From an uncultured cyanobacterium (lineage in GTDB: Bacteria; Cyanobacteriota; Cyanobacteriia; Cyanobacteriales; CAWCAG01): a stretch of DNA of 64,000 nucleotides. Made by a program: the position numbers and the translations under genes. This document shows positions 26,963 through 36,396 of the stretch, piece by piece. Location of the stretch: assembly GCA_963793425.1 (NCBI GenBank), contig CAWCAG010000005.1:1856001-1920000 (forward strand). Direction: 5' to 3'. A model generated the notes under the pieces. That model did not search any database. It was given only the letters and a program-made list of their open reading frames with translations, and was not told where the DNA came from. How positions within the stretch are numbered: the stretch's first letter is position 1; each line of letters starts with the position of its first letter.

Positions 26963-28399
26963 TTGGCCATGAAGAGCAAGACTAAAAGTTTGTTTATCTT
27001 TGCCACTACCATAGGTTTTAGCCTTAGCAGTGGCATTATTCCCCTTAGCTTTCTTCATAACCAACAGCCAGCATTAGCCCAAAATAGAGATGAGCAAACT
27101 AATATTCGTGTCTATGAAATAGCTAGTCCGGCGGTGGTTTCTGTGGAAACAGGAGATGGTAACGGTAGTGGTAGTATCATTACTTCTGACGGTTTGGTAC
27201 TTACAAATGCCCATGTTGTCGAAGGTTATACCACTGCAACGGTTATTTTGGCTGATCAGCGGCGTTTGAATGCAGATGTGGTTGGTTTTGGAGAAAATGG
27301 GCTTGATCTTGCTGTTTTGAAAATTCGAGGGGCGACTAATCTGCCGACGATTAGGTTAGCTGGAGAAAACTCCATTAAAGTTGGTCAAAGGGCTTTTGCT
27401 ATTGGTAATCCTTTCGGACAATTTCAAGGCACTTTCACTACCGGCATTGTTAGTCGTATTGATAGCGATCGCGGTTTAATTCAAACTGATGCAGCCATTA
27501 ATCCTGGTAATTCTGGTGGCCCTCTTCTTAACTCTCAAGGGGAATTAATTGGGGTTAATACAGCTATTTTTACAGGTAGCAACGGTTCAGGTAATATTGG
27601 TATTGGTTTCGCCATTTCTACACAAAGGGTAAAACCATTTTTAACTGCTGTACGTTCAGGTAATGCCCCCCGTACAAGCCCCCAATCTAGGACAGCAAGG
27701 AATAGTAATTCCCCTGTTCCCCAAAGCTTACCTCTTAACGGTGCAGCAATCCCCGGTAGATTAGATCGAGGAGATAATGTCTTACCTGATAATAGCTTTT
27801 TTGATGCCTATGTTTTTGAAGGGCAAGCAGGGGCGCAGATTAAAATTGATATGGCAAGTCGGGAAATAGATCCTTATTTGATTTTAATTGGGCCTGGAGG
27901 AGTAAAAGTTTCTGAAGATGACGATGGGGCAGGGGGAAATAACGCCCGTATTCAAACGAGTTTGCCTGTTAACGGGACTTATTTATTAATGGCTAACTCC
28001 TATGAACCTGGGGAGTCAGGAAGCTATAATTTAACAGCAAGGACTGATAATAATAGTAGCGTTGGCCCTTCGAGAAATAGTGGCTACCTCTTACAAGAAG
28101 GAGGTATCTTAGGCCCTAATGCGTTAATTTTGCCTTCTGATGGTAGTTTATATCAAACCCATACTTTTATCGGTCGTGCAGGTCAGTTTGTAGAATTTAA
28201 ACTAGAAAGTAGTGATTTTGATACCTATTTAATTCTTCTCGATCCTCAAGGTAATAAGTTAGCTGAAAATGATGATCTTAATGAAGGTGATACTGATTCT
28301 GGTTTGAAGATTACTTTGCCTACCAATGGTAGTTATCAGGTAATTGTTAATTCCTATGATAGTAACGGTCGCGGGCGTTACTTTTTAACAATACGCTAA
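26963..28399 (+). CDS. Trypsin-like (HtrA/Deg-related) serine protease with two C-terminal PPC domains
   Basis: TNAHVV, DLAVL and DAAINPGNSGGPL; two PPC-like repeats (DPYLILIGP..DDD; DTYLILLDP..ENDD); no PDZ. Confidence 0.92.
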   Translation: MAMKSKTKSLFIFATTIGFSLSSGIIPLSFLHNQQPALAQNRDEQTNIRVYEIASPAVVSVETGDGNGSGSIITSDGLVLTNAHVVEGYTTATVILADQRRLNADVVGFGENGLDLAVLKIRGATNLPTIRLAGENSIKVGQRAFAIGNPFGQFQGTFTTGIVSRIDSDRGLIQTDAAINPGNSGGPLLNSQGELIGVNTAIFTGSNGSGNIGIGFAISTQRVKPFLTAVRSGNAPRTSPQSRTARNSNSPVPQSLPLNGAAIPGRLDRGDNVLPDNSFFDAYVFEGQAGAQIKIDMASREIDPYLILIGPGGVKVSEDDDGAGGNNARIQTSLPVNGTYLLMANSYEPGESGSYNLTARTDNNSSVGPSRNSGYLLQEGGILGPNALILPSDGSLYQTHTFIGRAGQFVEFKLESSDFDTYLILLDPQGNKLAENDDLNEGDTDSGLKITLPTNGSYQVIVNSYDSNGRGRYFLTIR

Positions 28400-28409
28400 A
28401 TTCTTAAAT

Positions 28410-28450
28410 CATTGAACATTGAACATTAAACATTAAACATTGAACATTTA
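28410..28450. repeat. Heptamer tandem repeat (CATTRAA)x6
   Basis: cattgaacattgaacattaaacattaaacattgaacattta. Confidence 0.9.
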
Positions 28451-28502
28451 CCTTGATTATTTTCTTCTGTTACCGACCAGTTTAGAACTATAACAGTTCA
28501 AT

Positions 28503-29111
28503 ATGATCAATAGCCAAATGATAAATGATAAACGTTTAATTATTTTTAGTCGCTATCCTGAACCAGGAAAAACTAAAACTCGTATGATTCCTGTTTTAGG
28601 GGCAAAGGGGGCGGCAGAATTACAGCGGAAGATGACGGAAGCTACTTTAGCTGAAGCAGCAAAATTGTTGAGTAACAATGCTACTAAAGTAACCGTTTTT
28701 TTTGCGGGAGGGAATCAACAAATAATGCAAGAATGGTTGGGTACAAGCTGGCTTTATCAGCCCCAAGCTGAAGGAGATTTAGGGGCAAGGATGCACTCAG
28801 CTTTCCAAATATCTTTTAGTGAAGGTAACGAAAAAGTCGTAATTATTGGTATTGATTGTCCTGATCTAAATGCCCAATTACTAACAGAAGCTTTTCAACT
28901 TTTAAGCAGCAACGATTTAGTTTTGGGTCCCGCTGAAGATGGGGGTTATTATTTAATTGGTTTGCGTTGTTTAATTCCAGAATTATTACAACATATTAGT
29001 TGGGGAACTTCCCAAGTTTTTGCTCAAACAACTGCGATCGCAACTAAACTCAATTTAGCAACAGCTTGTCTTCCTATCTTAAAAGATATAGACCGCCCTG
29101 AAGACCTTTAA
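28503..29111 (+). CDS. DUF2064/TIGR04282-like glycosyltransferase-fold protein
   Basis: F.RYPEPGKTKTR, Q..GDLGARM, IIGIDCP, LGPAEDGGYYLIG and DIDRPEDL. Confidence 0.9.
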   Translation: MINSQMINDKRLIIFSRYPEPGKTKTRMIPVLGAKGAAELQRKMTEATLAEAAKLLSNNATKVTVFFAGGNQQIMQEWLGTSWLYQPQAEGDLGARMHSAFQISFSEGNEKVVIIGIDCPDLNAQLLTEAFQLLSSNDLVLGPAEDGGYYLIGLRCLIPELLQHISWGTSQVFAQTTAIATKLNLATACLPILKDIDRPEDL

Positions 29112-29124
29112 ATTATTTATCATT

Positions 29125-29150
29125 ATTGGCGTAAGCCTTGCCGTAGGCTA
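29125..29150 (+). repeat. Small dispersed repeat element, type A
   Basis: ATTGGCGTAAGCCTTGCCGTAGGCTA in a TTATCAT array. Confidence 0.9.
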
Positions 29151-29163
29151 CCTTTATCATTTA

Positions 29164-29523
29164 TCACTTTTCTGAGATTCTGGTGGTTTTCAAAATGGAA
29201 AATAGTATTTTCCCTATTTCGTCTGCATCTTGATAGATGCTACGGAAAGATTTCAAATTGATGTATTCAGTATCTTTAAGTAAAGATAGCCAGTATTTGG
29301 TTTCCAGACATTCTTTGTAAGCTAAAGAGATTTTAGCTGAAAAATCTGCTTGGGAAATTGCGCCATTAGCTTCAGCAATATTTGCCCCAATTGATGTACC
29401 GCTTCTTAATAATTGCTTAGACAACGTAAATTCTTGTTTTTCCTCTTTTCAATATTTATATGCTTTAATAATCCTAATTGCAAATTGGTAAGCTTTATCA
29501 TAAGTCACGTTGTGTTTATTCAT
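29164..29523 (-). pseudogene. Four-helix-bundle protein (23S rRNA IVP/TIGR02436-like) with an in-frame TGA at codon 25
   Basis: From ATG 29523: MNKHNVTYDKAYQFAIRIIKAYKY*KEEKQEFTLSKQLLRSGTSIGANIAEA...ECLETKYWL; stop at 29449-29451. Confidence 0.88.
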
Positions 29524-29657
29524 GATGCAGGTAGTACTTGAGGAAAATTCAATGATAAATGATAAATGATAAATGTTTGACGGCTTGTCTTTTGCCTTTA
29601 TTGAGGAAGTCGAGGAGAATATTTCTACCTTTTTAAACTTGACACAGGATAAGCTAT

Positions 29658-30896
29658 TTGATGTTGAACTGGAAGTTTTGCCAAGCGAACTTGCTTTTAA
29701 TCACCCTCGTTTGCCTGCCTTTAGCAGCGAAAGCTGAGATTGAAGAAAACGATCCTAATGTCTGCCAAGTAACTGAACAACCTGCGGATTTGGATTGTTT
29801 GGTTTCTGAAGAAATTATCCCTAACGAATCCCTCGCTAAACTTCCAGAAGAATTAATTGGACCGATTACTATCAACAATGATTTGCCTGCTTCACCAATA
29901 AATGATAGTAGTAAAGAGTTGGTTGCTGACAGCGCTGGAGAAACTCAACCGGGAGACTGGTCTTCTGCTAGACCTGATGGTCATGCACCCATTGGTGTGA
30001 TGGGCGATCATGTTCATAAACAAGGAGAGTTTATGCTTTCCTATCGCTATATGTTTATGGAAATGGACGGTAACAGAGATGGTACTAATGATTTAACCGA
30101 CAGCGAAGTCTTGCAGAATTTCATGGTTACTCCTAAAAGGATGACTATGGAAATGCACATGATCGGGGCGATGTATGCACCCACAGATGACCTAACCTTA
30201 ATGGCAATGGTTCCTTTTGTTTCTTTGGAAATGGATCATGCTACCCGATCCGGAAGGACTTTTACTACTAATTCTGGAGGTATTGGCGATATCAAATTAA
30301 GCGGCTTGTATAATATTATGCGCCAAGATCGCCAGCGTATTCACCTTAATTTAGGGATAAGTATTCCTACAGGTTCCATTGAAGAAGAAGATGTTACCCC
30401 AGCTTCTGCCCCTAATGAGACGATTTTACCCTATCCGATGCAAATTGGTTCTGGTACTTTTGACCTGCTACCGGGTATTACTTATTTAGGGCAAACCGAT
30501 GATTTGTCTTGGGGTAGTCAGTTCAATACGGTGTTGCGTTTAGGAGAAAATAGTAACAACTATACTTTAGGCAACCAATATGCGTTGACTGGCTGGTTTG
30601 CCAAGAATTGGACAGATTGGTTGAGTACTTCTATTCGGTTGAATGGTAAAACTTGGGGAAATATAGATGGGGCAGATTCCCGCTTGAACCCTCGAATGAT
30701 TCCTACCGCAGACCCAGATAGGAGAGGCGGTACACGTCTTGATTTGGGTTTTGGTTTGAATCTTTATGCACCCCAAGGTGGGCTTAAGGGTGGGCGTTTG
30801 GCGGTGGAGTTCGAGTTGCCTATTTACCAATCCTTAGAAGGGCCACAATTGGAAACTAATTGGCAGTTGACTTTTGGGGGGCAGTATGCTTTTTGA
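29658..30896 (+). CDS. Outer-membrane beta-barrel 'transporter' with His/Met-rich motifs
   Basis: Signal peptide; RPDGHAPIGVMGDHVH, YRYMFMEM, MTMEMHM, GIGDI and PYPMQIGSGT; C-terminal Phe. Confidence 0.82.
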   Translation: MMLNWKFCQANLLLITLVCLPLAAKAEIEENDPNVCQVTEQPADLDCLVSEEIIPNESLAKLPEELIGPITINNDLPASPINDSSKELVADSAGETQPGDWSSARPDGHAPIGVMGDHVHKQGEFMLSYRYMFMEMDGNRDGTNDLTDSEVLQNFMVTPKRMTMEMHMIGAMYAPTDDLTLMAMVPFVSLEMDHATRSGRTFTTNSGGIGDIKLSGLYNIMRQDRQRIHLNLGISIPTGSIEEEDVTPASAPNETILPYPMQIGSGTFDLLPGITYLGQTDDLSWGSQFNTVLRLGENSNNYTLGNQYALTGWFAKNWTDWLSTSIRLNGKTWGNIDGADSRLNPRMIPTADPDRRGGTRLDLGFGLNLYAPQGGLKGGRLAVEFELPIYQSLEGPQLETNWQLTFGGQYAF

Positions 30897-30974
30897 TTAA
30901 GGTGCTAATAGCTAGTGGCTAGTTGCTAGAATCTTAGACTTGGTGAGGATCTTTTGATCGCAAATATTTAACAG

Positions 30975-31005
30975 GCGATCGCAAAAATCTTAGCTTTGCG
31001 ATCGC
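30975..31005. terminator. HIP1-based hairpin between convergent genes
   Basis: GCGATCGCAAA-n9-TTTGCGATCGC. Confidence 0.5.
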
Positions 31006-31028
31006 TCAATCAAATCTAGAACAGTTTT

Positions 31029-31559
31029 CTAAGCAACAGGAACTAAATCCACTTCATCTGTTCCTTCAGTTTCGGATTTACCAGAAGTAATTTCTTTACC
31101 ATTAACCTCAATGGCAAAAGGAGTGCCAGCTAAATTGAGATTGTAGTCAGTTTTTTCTGAAGTATAACCGACACTGGCAATCATTTTTCTACCTTCATCG
31201 GTGTAAAGAAAAGCTAACATTTGGTTTTTTTCTTGCTTATTATCGTAAGCCCAAACCACCATATACTGTTTTCCTTGGTAATCAAATACTTTAGGCGCAC
31301 GGGTGGGGACATAGCGCCCAGGATCGCCGAAGCTGGCATCAAGGAAGTTTTGTACAGAATCAGTTTCTACGTTGACGTAAGCTACTTCCTGAGCTGATTT
31401 TACCTCAGCTTCGTCTTTGCTTTCATCTACTGGTTCGGCTGGTTCATCTTCTTTGCCACGATTACGAAAATAATCTATTGCCATTTTTGTACCCACTGCC
31501 CCAGCCGCAGCGACACCTGCACCAGCTAAGACGTTACGAAGTTTTTTGAGTTGAACCAT
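31029..31559 (-). CDS. Hypothetical protein with an N-terminal membrane anchor
   Basis: Ala/Gly-rich N-terminal helix, acidic linker, beta-rich domain; codon usage looks highly expressed. Confidence 0.8.
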   Translation of the reverse strand: MVQLKKLRNVLAGAGVAAAGAVGTKMAIDYFRNRGKEDEPAEPVDESKDEAEVKSAQEVAYVNVETDSVQNFLDASFGDPGRYVPTRAPKVFDYQGKQYMVVWAYDNKQEKNQMLAFLYTDEGRKMIASVGYTSEKTDYNLNLAGTPFAIEVNGKEITSGKSETEGTDEVDLVPVA

Positions 31560-31938
31560 TGGTTAACCTTTTGCTTGTTGATTTTCAAGAACTAACTCTT
31601 TAGATAAAATTACAAAATTGGCTTTTTTGCAAGTCAAAGTGGTCAGTTTATTTCTTTTTATTAAATAAAATATGGTGCTTTTCGTATTTATAAGCTGTAA
31701 ATGGCGATTAATTTGTCCTAGCAATTAATTATTTATTTGTAAAGAAAATAGTGACAGTTCGCTTATTTGGCACAGTGATTATTAGTTATTTAAGCTGGAA
31801 TCGCTATTTAATACCTTGACGATTACCAAAACTGTCACAGCAAATAAAAATATAGAAGTGATAGTTAATAGATTGAATTTAATTAGCTTGATGGTAAACA
31901 TTGTACCAGGTCGCTAATACCATTTCAGGATTTTAATT

Positions 31939-33792
31939 ATGAATAATGCTTATATTAATAGCATAGGTAAGTTTTTACCAGGAAACCCTATTAGTAATGG
32001 GGAAATGGAAGATTATTTAGGGAAGATTAATGGTAAAGCTTCGCGGGTAAGGAAAAGAATCCTTAATAGTAATGGCATTCAGCAACGTTACTACGCATTA
32101 GATAAGCAACAAAATACTACTTATAGTAATAGTCAAATGGCAGCTTATGCTGCTCAAGATGCTCTTTTAAAGAGGAATTCAGAAGCAAAAGGAATTGATT
32201 TACTTGCTTGTGCCACAAGTTGGCCAGATTTATTAGTACCAGGGTTTGCTAGTTTGGTACATGGAGAGTTGCCAGAATTATCTCCCTTAGAAGCTATTTC
32301 TACTCAAGGTGTTTGTTGTGCAGGGGTTGCTGCTTTAAATTACGCTGTTTCTCAAGTGCAATTAGGTAAGAGAAACAATGCTCTGGCGATCGCCTCTGAA
32401 TCGGCTTCTCGTTTATTTAAACATAGTAACTTTGAAGCAGAAGATAAAGTTAAAAATGGTGGCAAGCTCCCTTTTGATACAGAATTTCTTCGTTGGATGC
32501 TTTCCGATGGTGCGGGTGCTTTTTTAATTCAAAATTCTCCTGCTAAGGAAGGTATTAGTTTAAAGATAGAGTGGATTGAATCAATTTCCTATGCTAATAC
32601 TTATCCTTTGTGTATGTATGCGGGGACTGCTGATGAAACGGGGAGGAAAAGTTGGCTAGATTTCCCTTCTTATCAAGATGCTGCTGCTGCTGGGGCGATT
32701 AATTTACGGCAGAACATTCGCTTGCTGGATCAGGTGGTTAAGTTAGGGGTGGAAGGTTGGTTAAAATTGATTGAAAGGGGAAAGGTTAAGCCAGAAGAAA
32801 TCGATTGGCTTTTATGTCACTATTCTTCCCATTTTTTCCGTAGCCAGATTGTTGATTTATTGGAGCAAGGTGATTGTTTAATTCCTGAATCTAAATGGTT
32901 TACCAACCTTTATACGAAGGGGAATACTGGTTGTGCTTCTATTTACCTGATGTTGGAAGAGCTATTTAATTCTGATAAGTTGAAAGCGGGAGAAAAAATC
33001 TTTTGTTTTGTTCCGGAAAGTGGTCGTTTTACTACTGCTTACTTAATGTTAACGGTGGTATCTTCTCAACAGGAAAGCGTAACTTTAGAACCTCCGGCCT
33101 TAAGTTTTCCCCTTAATAGTATTACAGCGAGTGATGCTAATACTGTGGCAGCTAGTTTACTAAGGCAATTAGCTCTAGTTTGGTTAGAGTTTGAGCGCAA
33201 CTTAAATTCAGTCTCTTTAATTCGGAAACTCTATCGCAATGAGTTTACCATTAAAGATTATCAGGCTTTATTAAGTAACCTACATCCTCAAGTTGTAGAA
33301 GGGGCGAGATGGATAGCCCGTGCCGCTTCTAATATGAAGGATTTTCAGCTTCGTTCTACTTTTATTTGTCATGCCCAAGATGAACACAGAGACTATCAAA
33401 TGTTGGAGCGGAATTATGTCTCTGTAGGGGGAGAATTGGCAGAAATTGTTAATGCAGAAAAAAATCTTGGTTCGGAGGCACTTTCTGCTTTCATTTTCCA
33501 TCAAGCATCCCAAGAAAATCCTCTCGATTTAATTGGCAGTATGTTTATTATTGAAGGTTTAGGTAATCAATTAGCAGGAAAATGGGCTTCTTTGATTAAA
33601 CGAACTCTTAATTTAACTGAAGAGCAAGTTTCTTTTTTAAGCTATCACAGTGACAATGATGAATCCCATATTGGTAAATTAGCAGCGATTATTAATGCCC
33701 CTTGGTTAACCCCAGAAATTGCTCAACGCATTATTAAGACTGCTCAAGTTACTGCTCGTTTATATCAACTACAATTAGAAGAAGTTAAATAA
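31939..33792 (+). CDS. DarB/StlD-like beta-ketoacyl synthase III fused to a heme-oxygenase-like diiron oxidase domain
   Basis: KAS III triad GVCCAG, LCHYSS, KGNTG, plus DarB-type FLRWMLSDGAGA and VPESGRF. C-terminal ~215 aa with QVVEG.RWI, HAQDEHRD, IIEGLG and YH..NDE.H. Confidence 0.88.
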   Translation: MNNAYINSIGKFLPGNPISNGEMEDYLGKINGKASRVRKRILNSNGIQQRYYALDKQQNTTYSNSQMAAYAAQDALLKRNSEAKGIDLLACATSWPDLLVPGFASLVHGELPELSPLEAISTQGVCCAGVAALNYAVSQVQLGKRNNALAIASESASRLFKHSNFEAEDKVKNGGKLPFDTEFLRWMLSDGAGAFLIQNSPAKEGISLKIEWIESISYANTYPLCMYAGTADETGRKSWLDFPSYQDAAAAGAINLRQNIRLLDQVVKLGVEGWLKLIERGKVKPEEIDWLLCHYSSHFFRSQIVDLLEQGDCLIPESKWFTNLYTKGNTGCASIYLMLEELFNSDKLKAGEKIFCFVPESGRFTTAYLMLTVVSSQQESVTLEPPALSFPLNSITASDANTVAASLLRQLALVWLEFERNLNSVSLIRKLYRNEFTIKDYQALLSNLHPQVVEGARWIARAASNMKDFQLRSTFICHAQDEHRDYQMLERNYVSVGGELAEIVNAEKNLGSEALSAFIFHQASQENPLDLIGSMFIIEGLGNQLAGKWASLIKRTLNLTEEQVSFLSYHSDNDESHIGKLAAIINAPWLTPEIAQRIIKTAQVTARLYQLQLEEVK

Positions 33793-34655
33793 TGTACAAT
33801 CGCCAAAATCCCGATGCTTGGCAAGTATTGTATTTTGACCAAGCTATTCCTGTAGACTCCGTAGCTAAGGAATATATGATTGCAGATTTGCAGAGTTGGA
33901 CACGCAATTACTTACTTATCCCGATCAAAGTTTTTGCTAACATTATGTTAGCTCTAATCATGACTTTGAAACGATTGCTACCTTTCCAGTTCAAAGCTTA
34001 CACTTTAATGCACCGTGTCGCCGCATTTTTCTTAAAAAACTTTGTTTCCCCGGCAGCTTGTTATTTAATTATCAGACATATTTGCCTTGGTTCCAATATT
34101 GTTAATTTTCTCATTGATAACAGTCCTAATCCTGAAATCGAAAAATCACAACTTTATCCTCGCGAAATAGATGATTTAGCAGCTAATGCTTTCTTAGAAC
34201 ATGATCTGATTCTCTATAACTTTGTTTGGGATTATAATCAAGCAGTAATTAAAAATCCTCACTGGCTAAAAGAAGTGCAAGCAAGAGGAATTAACTATGA
34301 TGCTATTCAGCCAGTGAAAGTAGAAGTTGATTTTAACAAGAATCGCTGGTTAAGAGTTTTAGATTTAGAATCTGCTTTAGAATTATTCAAAGTCTTTTAT
34401 TCTCTTTGCCTAACTAGTGAGGAATTTGCTAGGGCTGTTTTATCACTACAACTTGATGAAAACTTTGCTGTTTATGTAAGCCAATTAACAGGAGATTATA
34501 ACTGGAATCATATTATCTCTAATCGCAATCCTTTAGTACCTAATAGCCATTTTCAAGCAGCTAGAAATTTGATGGTACACGGAGTAGTTAGTGAATACTT
34601 ACACCGTTATTTGGAAATAAGAAAAGGAGATGGCGAAGTAATAAGTAATAGGTAA
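33792..34655 (+). CDS. Uncharacterised partner protein of the ketosynthase fusion (recalled as DUF6999-like, unverified)
   Basis: TAATG stop/start overlap; hydrophobic N-terminal helix; RH..GS....F and F..HDL.LYN motifs. Confidence 0.75.
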   Translation: MYNRQNPDAWQVLYFDQAIPVDSVAKEYMIADLQSWTRNYLLIPIKVFANIMLALIMTLKRLLPFQFKAYTLMHRVAAFFLKNFVSPAACYLIIRHICLGSNIVNFLIDNSPNPEIEKSQLYPREIDDLAANAFLEHDLILYNFVWDYNQAVIKNPHWLKEVQARGINYDAIQPVKVEVDFNKNRWLRVLDLESALELFKVFYSLCLTSEEFARAVLSLQLDENFAVYVSQLTGDYNWNHIISNRNPLVPNSHFQAARNLMVHGVVSEYLHRYLEIRKGDGEVISNR

Positions 34656-34720
34656 TAGGCATTGGTAACAAGTTAAATAAAAGTCCAATCTTTCAAACCC
34701 CTGTCGTTAGATTCAGCAAC

Positions 34721-34834
34721 GTAGGGTGTGTTGGCGCTGCGAAAAATTATGGCAAGTCTACCACAATCTTGATTCAGCGCTTAACGCACCGTCTTCGCTT
34801 TTTCAATAATATCTAGGAAACGAGTCGCCCCTAC
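34721..34834. repeat. REP/BIME-like element
   Basis: GTAG-GGTGTGTTGGCGCTG...CAGCGCTTAACGCACC (34721-34790) plus an inverted half CGAGTCGCCCCTAC ending at 34834. Confidence 0.65.
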
Positions 34835-34840
34835 TTATTA

Positions 34841-35962
34841 CTACAATCCTCTTGCTGTTTCACTAACAATTAAATCCACAACATCTTGATAATTGCCTCG
34901 TTTTTCATAAGCTTGTCGTTGTCTTTGGGCAGCGTTGCCTCCTTTGAGGGTTTGCTTAACCAAAGCAGAAATCTCTTGCCAATCTCCTGCTGCTTCCAAT
35001 GCAGGGCGAATTTCTTCTAACAAAGCTGCAACTAACTCCTTAGCGGGAACAGAATGCTGATTAACCACATCAATTAAGTTTCCTGTCAATCCATAACGGG
35101 CAGCTTGCCAATGAGCAGATCGTAGCAATTCATGGCGCACAGGGACAAACTCTTTTTTTTCTACAGCTTGTTGATAGCAAGTCCAAACTAAAGCCCTAGT
35201 TAAGCCAGCCATCATCACTGCTTCATCTACGGTTAAGCAAATATCTGTCACCCGAAACTCAACGGTAGGAAACTTTTCCGAGATGCGAACATCCCAATAA
35301 ATTTTGGTAGGATCATCGATGGCTTCTGTGGTGAGCAGGGCTTTAAGCAATTGTTCATATTCGCTATAATTGGCAAAGACTAAAGGCGGCCCTGTTAAAG
35401 GCAATCGATGCCAAAGTTCGGTACGATAGCTATCATAGCCAGTATCTTTGCCTAACCAGAAAGGGGAGTTGGCTGTCAGGGCTAACAGTGTCGCCAACCA
35501 AATGCGGGCGCGGTTGATGGTTTGGATTGCTAGTTCATGATCTTCTAAACAAACATGAACATGACAGCCAAAAATCACTAAATCTTTGATGATTTGTTGA
35601 TATTCTTGCATCAAGCCCCTGTAACGCTCTTTGGGAGTGGTTTGTTGCTTTTGCCAATGGGAAAAAGGGTGGGTTCCTGCGGCGGCGATGGTTTTCCCTT
35701 CTTGGGCAGTAGTTTCAATTAAGGTGCGTCGAGAATTGCTAACTAATTCCCGCACTTCTGCTAAATTATGACAAACAGGGGTAGCAATTTCAATTTGAGA
35801 GCGGTGCATTTCCGGTTGCACAACATCTTCTCCTAATTCTTCTCTTGCAGTCGGAATCAGTTTTTTACCCCTTTCAATCAATTCTCGTGTTTCAAGATCA
35901 ACTACCTGATACTCTTCTTCAACACCAATTGTAAAATCTTTTATAGAAAGCATTTTAATCAT
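34841..35962 (-). CDS. ybdK: Carboxylate-amine ligase (YbdK/GCS2 family)
   Basis: TIGVEEEYQ, AAAGTHPF, FGCHVHV, ANSPFW.G.DTGY.S.R and YWDVR...TVEFR. Confidence 0.92.
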   Translation of the reverse strand: MIKMLSIKDFTIGVEEEYQVVDLETRELIERGKKLIPTAREELGEDVVQPEMHRSQIEIATPVCHNLAEVRELVSNSRRTLIETTAQEGKTIAAAGTHPFSHWQKQQTTPKERYRGLMQEYQQIIKDLVIFGCHVHVCLEDHELAIQTINRARIWLATLLALTANSPFWLGKDTGYDSYRTELWHRLPLTGPPLVFANYSEYEQLLKALLTTEAIDDPTKIYWDVRISEKFPTVEFRVTDICLTVDEAVMMAGLTRALVWTCYQQAVEKKEFVPVRHELLRSAHWQAARYGLTGNLIDVVNQHSVPAKELVAALLEEIRPALEAAGDWQEISALVKQTLKGGNAAQRQRQAYEKRGNYQDVVDLIVSETARGL

Positions 35963-35970
35963 TTATCATT

Positions 35971-35996
35971 GTTGGCGTAAGCCTTGCCGTAGGCTA
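35971..35996 (+). repeat. Small dispersed repeat element, type A
   Basis: Identical to 23197-23222, including the CATT/CATT flanks. Confidence 0.9.
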
Positions 35997-36321
35997 CATT
36001 TATCATTAAACGCACCATTTACTAATTGCTGGTTGATTTAGATTATGGGTTAAAATTTAGTTATTCTCATTAATTTAACAGAAGCATTTAAGCAAGTAAA
36101 TCGCTCTTCGGCTATGTATTTCAGGGAAAACGTCTATTTCTTCAGAGAGGGATTTTGGGGAGACTGGGTGACTGGGTGACGAAAATAAAAAGCAAAATCG
36201 ATTCTCATACCTAAATTATCAATTCTTTCCCTGTTTCCTGTTCTCTTTTCCCTGCTCCCCGCTTCCTACTCCCTACTCCCTCTTTTCCACCAATGAAAAA
36301 TGATAAATGTTTAGAGATTTA

Positions 36322-36339
36322 GTTACAAATCTTTATAAG
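36322..36339 (+). promoter_or_regulatory. Possible HLR1 (RpaB) site upstream of crtR
   Basis: GTTACAAA-tc-TTTATAAG. Confidence 0.35.
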
Positions 36340-36396
36340 TTAGCCCTTCTAGCGTATACTACGCGGAGAAAGTCTAGAAAGGAGCAATAAGCAAAG

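Noticed and set aside
29164..29523. Diversity-generating retroelement, or selenocysteine recoding of the TGA
   Set aside because: No reverse transcriptase or TR/VR pair in the window. The TGA sits where a Leu is expected rather than a Cys, so a nonsense mutation or sequencing error is simpler.
34841..35962. ybdK ligase as part of the ketosynthase cluster
   Set aside because: Convergent orientation, separated by a REP element, and a widespread stand-alone family; a link cannot be supported from this window.
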